Source: Patescibacteria group bacterium
GTDB lineage: Bacteria; Patescibacteriota; Patescibacteriia; SG8-24
Reading direction: 5' to 3'
DNA: 64,000 nucleotides
NCBI GenBank assembly: GCA_041667185.1
Contig: JBAYFM010000008.1
Span: 1,714 to 65,713, forward strand
In this document: one piece after another, positions 39,409 through 48,264 of the stretch
Layout: every line of letters starts with the position of its first letter
Position numbering within the stretch: the first letter of the stretch is position 1
The notes under the pieces: model-generated
Told to the model about the DNA's origin: nothing
The model's database searches: none
The model's input: only the letters and a program-made list of their open reading frames with translations
Translations under genes and position numbers: made by a program

Positions 39409-39432
39409 ATCAGATCAGAGATGAACAGCGGT

Positions 39433-41055
39433 TCAGCCGCGGAGTCCGGCAAAGCGCCGAAGGAGCGGATCGGGATCCCAGGCCTGACGGTTCAGGGCGG
39501 TCTCGATCATCTCCTCGCACTCCCAGCTTTCGCCTTTGGACCACAGGTCGCGCAGGAACCGGCTGGCGTCCGAAGACCTGAACCAGGTCTGGCCGTAGCG
39601 CAGTTCGAGATGCTCCCGGAGCTGGGCGGCCGCGAGTCGGGCCCGGAGGCGGTCAGCCGAGCCGAAGCCGCGGTCCAGATCCAGGAGATAGAGCTCTCCG
39701 TCATGGTTGAGGCCGGTCTGGGAGGACAACAGGTGATGATAGTTGAACTGATTGCGCCAGTTGTCGAGCGGACTCTTCTGCAGCTCCATCGCATAGGCGA
39801 ATTGGCCGATGTGACGGCGCAGCTGATAGAGGTCCGCCAGTTTCCGACGGCCCGCCACTTCGGCCGCCGCGGCCGCGTCCAGTCCCAGCACCGCCGCGAG
39901 CCACTCTTCATTCTGGAGCAGAGACTCCAGCAGGAAGGCGCAGGTCTCGGCGAGAGCGCGGGAGCGTCCGAGGTTGCGGAATTCGAAGGGCAGCCGCGGA
40001 TCCATGGAAGCGCTGAACCAGGCCTGTCCCGCCTCGTGGAGGAGGGCGGCATAGTCTGCCGCTCCGCCGCGAGGTTTCAGGAACAGGCGGATCTCGGCTG
40101 GCGCGTTGCACGCCACGCAGAGGATGCCGTCATCGCTGGCCGGACCAGTCTCGAGTTCCAGCTTGATGTCGGATCCGTCGAGATCCAGGCCGAGGCCGCG
40201 GAAGGTCTCCCGCGCGGCCGCGAGCAGCCGTCGCGCCGGGAAGATCCTGTCGAACTCCCGGTTCGCGAGCAGATAGGACTCGTGAGCCCGCGACAGTCCC
40301 GGGAATTTCCGTCCCGAGCGCTGCCGCCGGACGAGCCGGCTCATGCCTTCGTCGTAGACGTCCTGGGTCTTTTCGGACACGGTTTTCGCGATCGCGAGCA
40401 GATCGTCGTAGCTGACGCGCTTGCGTCCGCTATAGAACTGCAGCTCGGTCGCGAAACCATGGCGGGCGAGCGTCCGGTGGAAACGGTTGTTCCGGTCGAC
40501 GAGCAGCGGGTTAAGCTTTTCTTCGACGCAACGGACGTAAGCCGACCAGAGCTGTTCGCGCTTGTCGGCGCTGCGTTCCTGGCTCAGCCGGCGCTGGAGA
40601 TCGGGGAGCGGCGTTTTCGCGCCGTTCACGTTGATCATCGCGCCGCGGATGGCCGTGGCGGCCGCGTCGTCGCAGGGAGCCAGATGTCGGCCGATGAGTC
40701 CCTCGAGCAGGAACCAGGCCAGCCGGTCGAAGCGCTCCGGAAATTTCTTGGCCGGCATGCGGCTGAACGACTCGGAAGCTTCCCGCGTCTGTCTGATGTT
40801 GCGCGGGGCGAACAGGTTCGCGTACGCCTGAAAGATGGCAACGGTCTGCTGTTCAGTTTTCCGTCCGGAGCCGATGGCCAGGTTCTCGAGACCGAGGTCA
40901 TAGAGATAGTTGGCGCAGTCTTCCAGGGTCTTCTCGTGTTGCGACGGTTCGTGCGGCTGGAAAGCCAGGCTGCCGCGTTTGGCGGGTTTGCTCTTGGAAT
41001 TGCGTCCGGCGGCGTTTTGCCGGCGGCTCGCGTAGTACTTGCCGAAACTGATCAT
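39433..41055 (-). CDS. M3-peptidase-like (gluzincin) protein with degenerate HEAGQ motif
   Basis: LLHEAGQAW...LAETCAFLLE; C-terminal YGQTWF...FLRDLWSKG. Confidence 0.6.
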   Translation of the reverse strand: MISFGKYYASRRQNAAGRNSKSKPAKRGSLAFQPHEPSQHEKTLEDCANYLYDLGLENLAIGSGRKTEQQTVAIFQAYANLFAPRNIRQTREASESFSRMPAKKFPERFDRLAWFLLEGLIGRHLAPCDDAAATAIRGAMINVNGAKTPLPDLQRRLSQERSADKREQLWSAYVRCVEEKLNPLLVDRNNRFHRTLARHGFATELQFYSGRKRVSYDDLLAIAKTVSEKTQDVYDEGMSRLVRRQRSGRKFPGLSRAHESYLLANREFDRIFPARRLLAAARETFRGLGLDLDGSDIKLELETGPASDDGILCVACNAPAEIRLFLKPRGGAADYAALLHEAGQAWFSASMDPRLPFEFRNLGRSRALAETCAFLLESLLQNEEWLAAVLGLDAAAAAEVAGRRKLADLYQLRRHIGQFAYAMELQKSPLDNWRNQFNYHHLLSSQTGLNHDGELYLLDLDRGFGSADRLRARLAAAQLREHLELRYGQTWFRSSDASRFLRDLWSKGESWECEEMIETALNRQAWDPDPLLRRFAGLRG

Positions 41056-41179
41056 GAAACCCTCCCGGGTTGGTGGTGATCGCGCTGTTCATTGGATTGT
41101 AAAGATCAACCGGCCATTATAGACCGGTTGATCCCAAATGTCAATCCGCTGTCGGGCGCGATCGGCGCTGTCGCAACCC

Positions 41180-42253
41180 TTACCGGATCCCGATCCGCTC
41201 CCTCACTTCGGTCATGGTTTTTTTGGCCACGCTGCGCGCTTCTTTGGCTCCCGCCTCCAAGATCTCCCAGACCTTTTTGGGTTTGGTCACCAGCTTTTTG
41301 CGCCGTTCCCGGAAGTCGGCGAAATGTTCGGCGATGCGCGTCGCGACCAGGCGTTTCAGTTCCGCGTATTTGATCGGCTGGGCGGCCAGGATGCGGTCGG
41401 CTTCCTCGGCGGAACCGAAGGTCCGGAGCAAGGTGAGCAGGTTCCAGACGCCGGCCACGCCGCGGAGCGCCGGGTCGTCCTCGTGCGCTTCGGCGTGCAG
41501 CGTCATCTTGTGTTCGAGTTCCTCTTCGGAGAGCGAGAGGATGCCGGTGGATTCGGTCACCGCGGATTTGATCTTGTCGTAGATGACGTCCGGTTCGTCG
41601 GTGAGCGCGATGAGCGAGCGGTCGCCGAGGCTCTTCGACATCTTCTTGAGCGGGTTGGTGAGGCTCCGCAGTTTCGGCGTTTCGGTGTAGAGCGGCTTGG
41701 CCTCGGGGAAGACGTTGCCGAATTTGTTGTTGAAGAAATGGGCGATGTCGCGGGTCAGTTCGACATGCTGGGTCTGGTCGCGGCCGACCGGCACGAACCC
41801 GCCTTTGTAGATGAGGATGTCCGCGCTCATCAGCACCGGATAATCGAACAGTCCCATGTTGATGTTCTCCTGCTGGCGGCCGGACTTGTCCTTGAATTGG
41901 GTCATGCGCTCCAGGAACGAGACCGGCGTCACGGTGTTGAATATCCAGCCGAGCTCGGTGTGTTCCGGCACGTCGGATTGCACGAATAGGGTGCATTTTT
42001 CCGGGTCGAGTCCCAGGGCCAGCAGGTCGGCGGCCAGGTCGAAGACCTGCTGCCGTTTGGCGGCGGGATTATAGTCCTCGGTGATGGAGTGGTAATCGGC
42101 GATGAAGAAGAAGCAGCGGTAGGCCGGGTCGTCCTGCAGCTTGAGCCAGTTGCGGTAGGAGCCGGCGTAATTGCCGATGTGCGATCGGCCGCTCGGCTGG
42201 ACGCCGGAGACGACGATCTTGGGTTGTTTTTTGGGTTCAGCGGTCTTGGTCAT
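41180..42253 (-). CDS. trpS: Tryptophan--tRNA ligase
   Basis: SGVQPSGRSHIGNY, YPVLMSADIL, VPVGRDQTQH, KMSKS. Confidence 0.96.
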   Translation of the reverse strand: MTKTAEPKKQPKIVVSGVQPSGRSHIGNYAGSYRNWLKLQDDPAYRCFFFIADYHSITEDYNPAAKRQQVFDLAADLLALGLDPEKCTLFVQSDVPEHTELGWIFNTVTPVSFLERMTQFKDKSGRQQENINMGLFDYPVLMSADILIYKGGFVPVGRDQTQHVELTRDIAHFFNNKFGNVFPEAKPLYTETPKLRSLTNPLKKMSKSLGDRSLIALTDEPDVIYDKIKSAVTESTGILSLSEEELEHKMTLHAEAHEDDPALRGVAGVWNLLTLLRTFGSAEEADRILAAQPIKYAELKRLVATRIAEHFADFRERRKKLVTKPKKVWEILEAGAKEARSVAKKTMTEVRERIGIR

Positions 42254-42287
42254 ATGATATCCAGTATAGATTATGAGACGGTAAAAG

Positions 42288-42443
42288 TGTAGGAGAGTGC
42301 AGGAGTGGGGGAGTGAGGGAGAGACGGAGTCAGGAAGTGGTGGAGAGACGGAGTGGCGGAGTCAGAGAATTACGAAAAAGCGGGGATTGATGTCCCCGCT
42401 TTTTACTTCTTGATGACTCCGTCTCTTCGTCTCTCCCTGACTT
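42288..42443. repeat. Octamer-based inverted repeat enclosing a bidirectional terminator
   Basis: GGAGAGACGGAGTCAG arm, aaaaagcgggga...tccccgcttttt, then GACTCCGTCTC arm. Confidence 0.8.
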
Positions 42444-44306
42444 CTACACTTCGATGATGACCGGCAAAACCATCGGCCGGCGCTTGATGGCGTTGAAGAG
42501 GAATTGGCCGATGTCGTTGCGGATCTTGTTCTTGAGGTGTTCCTCGAAGGCCGGCGATTTCTTGTCGGTGTCGGTGAGGATCTTCTTGACGCGGCTGCGG
42601 GCCTTCTCGATCATCTCCTTGTTTTCGCGCATGTAGACGAAGCCGCGCGAGAGGATGTCGGGCGAACCGACGAGTGCGCCGGTCTTCTTATCGATGGTGG
42701 CGATGATGACGAAGATGCCGTCCTCGGCGAGCATGACGCGGTCGCGCAGCACCACCTGGGAGACGTCGCCGACGCCGAGGCCGTCGACCATGACGTAGTC
42801 GGTCATGACACGCTCCTCGGTCAGGCGTCCGCCGCGGGCGTCGAATTCCATGACCTGGCCGTTCTCGGCGACCATGATGCGGTCGCGCGTGATGCCGACC
42901 TCTTCGCCGACGCGGGCGTGTGCTTCGAGCATGAAGCGGTTGCCGTGGATCGGAACGAGATATTGCGGTTTGACCAGCCGCAGCATGAGCTTAAGATCTT
43001 CCTGTTTGGCGTGGCCGCCGGCGTGGACGTCGAGATTCTGGTAGTGGTAGACGGTCGCGCCGTGTTTGACGAGCGTATCCTTGAGCGTCTGGACGGTCCG
43101 CTCGTTGCCCGGCACGACCGAGGACGAGAAGACGAAGCCGTCGCCTGGTTTCACATAGAGGTAGCGGTGTTCGTTGTTGGCCATGCGCATGAGCACGGCG
43201 TTCTTTTCGCCCTGGGCGCCGGTGCAGAGGATGACGATCTTTTCGTCAGGGAGCTTGCCCGCCGCGCCCTCCTCGATGATGGTGCCGGGCTTGATCTGCA
43301 TGTAGCCGAGCTGGTGGGCGATCTCGATGTTGTTGTTCATGCTCCGCCCCTCGATCAGCAGCTTGCGGCCGTATTTTTCGGCGAGCGTGATGATCTGCTG
43401 GGCGCGCGTCAGGAGCGACGAGAAAGTGCCGATGATGATGCGGCCTTTGGCGCTCTGGAAGATGCGTTCGAGCTCGACTGAAACCTGGCGCTCGGAGATC
43501 TGGTGGCCGGGGCTGTCGGCGTTCGTGGAATCGGACATGATGGCAAGCACGCCCTTCGCGCCGAAGGAAGCGATGTGCGCCAGATCAGCCGGCTCATCGT
43601 TCACCGGGGTGAAATCGAATTTGAAATCGCCGGTGTAGAGGATGGTGCCGTACGGCGTGTGGATCGCCGCGCCGAAAGCGTCGGAGATGTTGTGATTGAC
43701 ATGGAACGGCTCGAAGACGAAGTGCCGGCCGAGCGCGATCTTCATATTGTCCTTCACGAGCTGGATCTTGAGCGACTTGGCGTTGCCGAATTCTTCCTGG
43801 CGCTTGCGGATGATGCCGGCCGTGAGCGGAGCGGTGTAGATGACCGGATTGCCGAGGCGGCTGATCGTGAGCGGGATGCCGCCGATGTGGTCCATGTGTC
43901 CGTGGGTCACGATGACGCCGCGGATATTCTGTTCGCGCCCCTTGAGCGAAGAGATGTTGGGGATGATGTAGTCGATGCCTGGCATGCCCTCTTCGGGGAA
44001 CATCATGCCGATATCAATGATGATGATGTCGGCGCCGCATTCGAGCACAGTGCAGTTGCGGCCGATCTCTTCGAGACCGCCCAAAGCGTAGACCTTGAGC
44101 TTGGGAGCCAGGATCTTGGGTTGCGGCTGTCCGGGTTTGCCGTTCATGACGGGCCGGAACTGGGCCTGGACCGGATTGAGCGGCAGCGGTGGAGCCGGAA
44201 GTTTGATCTGCGGCCGACGGATGGAACCCTGCGCGAGCGGGGACGGTCCGTGGCGATGCCCCGGGCGCTGATGTTGCGGCCGGCGCGGCCTGTTATCTGT
44301 TACCAT
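42444..44306 (-). CDS. rnj: Ribonuclease J
   Basis: LGGLEEIGRN, THGHMDHIG, TGDFKFD, DSTNA, HAGGHA, PIHG. Confidence 0.96.
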   Translation of the reverse strand: MVTDNRPRRPQHQRPGHRHGPSPLAQGSIRRPQIKLPAPPLPLNPVQAQFRPVMNGKPGQPQPKILAPKLKVYALGGLEEIGRNCTVLECGADIIIIDIGMMFPEEGMPGIDYIIPNISSLKGREQNIRGVIVTHGHMDHIGGIPLTISRLGNPVIYTAPLTAGIIRKRQEEFGNAKSLKIQLVKDNMKIALGRHFVFEPFHVNHNISDAFGAAIHTPYGTILYTGDFKFDFTPVNDEPADLAHIASFGAKGVLAIMSDSTNADSPGHQISERQVSVELERIFQSAKGRIIIGTFSSLLTRAQQIITLAEKYGRKLLIEGRSMNNNIEIAHQLGYMQIKPGTIIEEGAAGKLPDEKIVILCTGAQGEKNAVLMRMANNEHRYLYVKPGDGFVFSSSVVPGNERTVQTLKDTLVKHGATVYHYQNLDVHAGGHAKQEDLKLMLRLVKPQYLVPIHGNRFMLEAHARVGEEVGITRDRIMVAENGQVMEFDARGGRLTEERVMTDYVMVDGLGVGDVSQVVLRDRVMLAEDGIFVIIATIDKKTGALVGSPDILSRGFVYMRENKEMIEKARSRVKKILTDTDKKSPAFEEHLKNKIRNDIGQFLFNAIKRRPMVLPVIIEV

Positions 44307-44580
44307 AATTAAAATGTGTTCGCCGCGGAGAGCCGCAGCCGGAGCGAGAGCACTCCTGATCTATAAGAGTCCCGTTTGCACGGGTGAATATTGGGTTAAT
44401 GTGTTCCTCAACCATCTCTAACGGATACGACCGTTACCGCAGAGGAAAGTGGGAGATGCGGAGGGGATAGTTCGCTATCCGCTTTGCGCCGCTCATTTTC
44501 TTCTGTCCTTATCAGGCAACTGCCTCTATCATTATTATACCATAATGACAGATCCGGTTGTTTGCTGTCGTCCGATACCA

Positions 44581-44715
44581 TCCCACCTAGCTCGAGCCGC
44601 GCTCGAGCGATGTGGGATGGTGCTGCGGGAGGGAGTCCCGCTCGCTTCGACTCGCGGTCCGGGGCGCTGCGCACTGGCGCTTCGCCGGCTCGCGCCTCTC
44701 GCGCCCTTCGACTCC
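44581..44715 (-). pseudogene. tRNA-Leu 3'-end duplicate with hairpin insert, followed by a palindrome after its CCA
   Basis: tggtgctgcgggagggagtc at 44618-44637 is identical to the tRNA 3' end; palindrome at 44581-44617. Confidence 0.75.
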
Positions 44716-44764
44716 TTATTTATACCAGATGACTGTCGCCGCCCTGTGGGCGGCACCAATCATC

Positions 44765-44850
44765 TGGTGCTGCGGGAGGGAGTCGAACCCTCATGACCTT
44801 GCGATCGCTAGCTCCTGAAGCTAGTGCGTCTGCCATTTCGCCACCGCAGC
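44765..44850 (-). tRNA. tRNA-Leu(CAG)
   Basis: Cloverleaf with long variable arm, anticodon loop TT-CAG-GA, CCA. Confidence 0.95.
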
Positions 44851-44862
44851 GTATATTTTTAT

Positions 44863-45111
44863 TGCGGGAGGGAGTCGGCCTCCCTCGTAAAAGATCTGAA
44901 ATTACTCGGTCGGCCCGGGGCGCCCCTTGGCGCCCGTGCGCCGCTGCGTTGACTTGCGGCGCACCCCTCATGACCTTGCGATCGCTAGCTCCTGAAGCTA
45001 GTGCGTCTGCCATTTGTTTCGCTCGCGTAGAAATTGTAATCGCTCGCGAAACCCCGGGCACGTCTTCGCGCCCGTGCGGCGCTCGCCGGTTCGCGCCGCA
45101 CCCACCGCAGC
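44863..45111 (-). pseudogene. Near-full tRNA-Leu copy with two related ~86-bp three-hairpin inserts (D-arm and T-loop)
   Basis: Inserts at 45016-45101 and 44878-44964 each replace 2 nt; the intervening sequence is identical to the intact tRNA. Confidence 0.88.
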
Positions 45112-45164
45112 GAGAACTTTTGTCCGTATAATATGCCTGATTTTGGCTGATTTGTCAAGTTGGT

Positions 45165-45260
45165 GGGGGAGGCGGAGAGACGGAGTTGGGGAGAGACGGA
45201 GTCAGGGAGAATATAATAGTTCTGACTCCGTATCTCCGTCACTCCATGACTCTATGACCT
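45165..45260. repeat. Octamer-based inverted repeat
   Basis: ggagagacggagttggggagagacggagtcaggg...ctgactccgtatctccgtcactccatgactc. Confidence 0.78.
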
Positions 45261-45270
45261 CGTATCTTCC

Positions 45271-47106
45271 TCACTTCCAAACTCTCCTCGTATTGATATA
45301 CCAATTGATGACGTTCGAGAAGCGGTCGGCCGGGATGAAGATCGTGCCGTTATCGATGCCCTTGATCTTGCTGCTCACGGCGTAGGTATAGGTGGGGCTG
45401 TAGAGGAAGATCGCCGGCACCTCTTCGGCCAGGATGTCCTGGAATTCCTTATAATAGGTCGCGCGTTCCTCTTCCTTGGTGGTCAGGCGCGATTTTTCCA
45501 GCAGCTCGTCGGCGCGGCGGTTGCTGAAGACCGCCAGGTTCAAGCCTGGCGCGGCGTTCTGCGATGAATGCCAGAACGGGTACGGGTCCGGATCCGGCCC
45601 GATGATCTCGCCGTAAAGCAGAGCTTCGTATTCGCGCGTCTTGATCTTGTCGCGGGCGATCTTGGAGGCGGGAGTGATCTCGAGTTCGGCTTTGACACCG
45701 ACGCTTGCCCAGTTCTGCTGGATGATCTGGGCGACGGCGATGCTGTCCTTGGAGTCGACGGTCGTGAGCGTGATGGCGAGTTCGGTCTTGGTCACCGCCT
45801 TGGTTTTCGCGTCCTTGGATTCTTTCTGCCGCAGGCCGCCTTCGCCGATCTTCCAGCCCTCCTGGTCGAGCAGCGCCGCGGCTTTGGTCGCGTCGAGCGA
45901 GTAGCGTTTGACTTCGGGATGGAAGCCGACGAAGCCGGGCGGGATGGGTCCGTAGATGGGAGCCCCGGAATCGCCCAGGACCTCCTTCACGATCCGGTCG
46001 CGGTCGATGGCGAGCGCCAGCGCCTGGCGGACGGCTTTCGAACCGAGCTGCGCATTCTTGGCCTGGTTGAAGAAGACCGCCGTGTATTGCGGCAGGCGCA
46101 GATCGTAGATCCGGACCGGGCGGAATTTTTTGACCTCGGCAAGCGCGTCGTGCGGCAGGAAACTGATGCCGTCAACGTGTTTGCCAGTCAGGGCTTCGAC
46201 CGCGGAAGCGAAGTCCGGATAGTACTTGAAGATCAGCGTGTCGAGCAGCGCCTTTTCGCCGTAGTAGTCGTCGTTGCGCGACAGCGTGTAGGAGCGGATG
46301 GCACCTTTCTTGTCTTTGATGAAAATATTGAACTTGAACGGACCGGTGCCGACCGGTTTGATGTTCAGGTCCGCGCGCGAGGCATTGGCCGGCTTGATCT
46401 CCTGCCACAGGTGGTCGGGCAGGATGCCGAGCGTCAGGATCCCCAGGAACGGCGCGAACGGTTCGGACAGTTTGAAGACGACGGTCTGGTCGTCCGGAGC
46501 CTCGACGGCGACGTTCTTGAACTGGCCCTGGTAGGGGCTGTCCCAGCCCGGGTCTTTGACGTGCTCGTAAGTGGCGACGATGTCGCGGGCGGAGAAGTCG
46601 GCTCCGTCATGCCAGCGGATGCCGGCGCGCAATTTGAAAGTGTAGGTCTTGCCGTCCTCGGAGATGGCGTAGCTTTCGGCTAGATCCGGCACGAGCTCGC
46701 CCTTGGTGTTCGTCCGCATGAGCCCCGAGAAGATCAGCTTGATCAGGTCGCCGTCGGCGTCATTGGTGCCGGCCAGGATCGGATTCACGAAACGCGGTCC
46801 GCCGACAGCGGCTTCGGTATATTCGCCGCCCTGGGCCGGGGCGCGCGTCACGTGGTCGGAGTAGTATTTGGTTCCGGCAGCGACGAGCGCGATCACGATG
46901 GCCGCTCCGAAGATCTTGAGCAAGCGGCGTTCGACTGGATCAAGATAGCGCCCGAGGTGCTTGAGCTGTCCGAGCGACGGGATGCGCCGGTCCGACAGTC
47001 CTAAAACCAGCCGCTTGTCGAGGCTGGAGTCTTTGATGGCTTGGCGCCGCTGCTCGCGACGTCTCAGTGATTCCCAGGCGGAACGGACGGCGCTGAATAC
47101 GGACAT
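45271..47106 (-). CDS. Peptide ABC transporter substrate-binding protein (family 5)
   Basis: VPDLAES..ISEDGKTYTFKLR, WHDG, PVGTGPF, VRQALALAIDR. Confidence 0.9.
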   Translation of the reverse strand: MSVFSAVRSAWESLRRREQRRQAIKDSSLDKRLVLGLSDRRIPSLGQLKHLGRYLDPVERRLLKIFGAAIVIALVAAGTKYYSDHVTRAPAQGGEYTEAAVGGPRFVNPILAGTNDADGDLIKLIFSGLMRTNTKGELVPDLAESYAISEDGKTYTFKLRAGIRWHDGADFSARDIVATYEHVKDPGWDSPYQGQFKNVAVEAPDDQTVVFKLSEPFAPFLGILTLGILPDHLWQEIKPANASRADLNIKPVGTGPFKFNIFIKDKKGAIRSYTLSRNDDYYGEKALLDTLIFKYYPDFASAVEALTGKHVDGISFLPHDALAEVKKFRPVRIYDLRLPQYTAVFFNQAKNAQLGSKAVRQALALAIDRDRIVKEVLGDSGAPIYGPIPPGFVGFHPEVKRYSLDATKAAALLDQEGWKIGEGGLRQKESKDAKTKAVTKTELAITLTTVDSKDSIAVAQIIQQNWASVGVKAELEITPASKIARDKIKTREYEALLYGEIIGPDPDPYPFWHSSQNAAPGLNLAVFSNRRADELLEKSRLTTKEEERATYYKEFQDILAEEVPAIFLYSPTYTYAVSSKIKGIDNGTIFIPADRFSNVINWYINTRRVWK

Positions 47107-47138
47107 CACAGGTGTGGTTAGTTGGCGGCCGGCAGCGA

Positions 47139-47363
47139 TCAGGCGGCCGGCAGGATGACGGCGGCGATAGAGAGCGCGAAGAAGACGACGGTAAAGACGA
47201 TAGTGCTGCGGAAAAGGGTCTTTTCCAGGCCGCGTTTGGTCCGGTAGATGTTGCCCTCGCCACCGAAAGTGGCTCCCAGGCCGGTGCCGCGCGATTGGAG
47301 CAGGATCGTGGCGATGAGCAGGACTGAAACGGCGATCTGGGCGATGATGAGATATTTCTGCAT
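47139..47363 (-). CDS. secG: Preprotein translocase subunit SecG
   Basis: ILLQSRGTGLGATFGG...RGLEKTL; two TM segments. Confidence 0.92.
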   Translation of the reverse strand: MQKYLIIAQIAVSVLLIATILLQSRGTGLGATFGGEGNIYRTKRGLEKTLFRSTIVFTVVFFALSIAAVILPAA

Positions 47364-47504
47364 AATTTTGGCTAAGGCCGCCTTAAGGCTGGCACGGTGT
47401 CGATATTCTCACATGGCGACCGGGCTTTGTCAACGCGAAGCTGGCGCGGGACCGCCAGAGTCGTCTTTTGTGTCGGCCCCAGTATTAGGTTATAATATTA
47501 AGGT

Positions 47505-48254
47505 ATGTACGAATCAGAATCAGCTGGAAAAAAGCGGAAGGGCCGCAGCGTCGGGGCAGTGATCGGTTGGACCGTTTTGTCGCTGATTTTCGTGTTTCTG
47601 GCGTATATCGGCTATCGCACCTGGTATTACTACGACAAGATCAGGCATGGCGAGCTCATCGACCTGTCGCAATTCGCCGGCGAGATGACCACGTCCGACT
47701 CAGTTTCGCCGTTTGCCGCCGTTTACGCCGATCGTTCGGTCGTGGAGGATCAGAATGCTCCGGCTTTCGGGGTGGCTGGGGAGGCGGCCAGGCTGACCGT
47801 CGTCGAGTTCGGTGATTATCACTGTCCGTTTTCGCAGCAGGTCGCGAGCGTGGTCCGGGAGATGATGACCATCTACGGCGACCGCGTCCGTTTCATCCAT
47901 CGCGATTTTCCCACCAAGACGGATCTCGCCGATCCGCTGGCCGCGGCCGTCGCGGCGCGCTGCGCCAACGAGCAGGGGAAATTCTGGCAGTATTACGACC
48001 GGCTTTACGTGAATCCGGAACGTCTGGAGGTCGCCGATCTGACCGCTTATGCCACGCAGGTGAATCTGGATCAGACGCGCTTCGAACAGTGTCTGTTGGA
48101 ACGACGCCACGAGGCGGCTGTAGCCTCGGATATGCGCGAAGGCCGCGCCCTCGGCATCCGCGGCACGCCGACCTTCTTTTTCAACGGGATCAAGGTTGAG
48201 GGGGCTCTGAACAGGCAAGCTTTCCAGATGATCATCGATAAGCTGCTGCAATAA
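47505..48254 (+). CDS. Membrane-anchored DsbA-family thioredoxin (CPFS motif)
   Basis: VVEFGDYHCPFS, RDFP, CANEQGKFW, GTPTFFFNG. Confidence 0.88.
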   Translation: MYESESAGKKRKGRSVGAVIGWTVLSLIFVFLAYIGYRTWYYYDKIRHGELIDLSQFAGEMTTSDSVSPFAAVYADRSVVEDQNAPAFGVAGEAARLTVVEFGDYHCPFSQQVASVVREMMTIYGDRVRFIHRDFPTKTDLADPLAAAVAARCANEQGKFWQYYDRLYVNPERLEVADLTAYATQVNLDQTRFEQCLLERRHEAAVASDMREGRALGIRGTPTFFFNGIKVEGALNRQAFQMIIDKLLQ

Positions 48255-48264
48255 TAGAGCGCGT

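Noticed and set aside
42254-42443. T-box leader for trpS (or for ileS)
   Set aside because: No T-box consensus; a -10-like box sits about 10 nt from the ATG and the rest is octamer repeat plus terminator.
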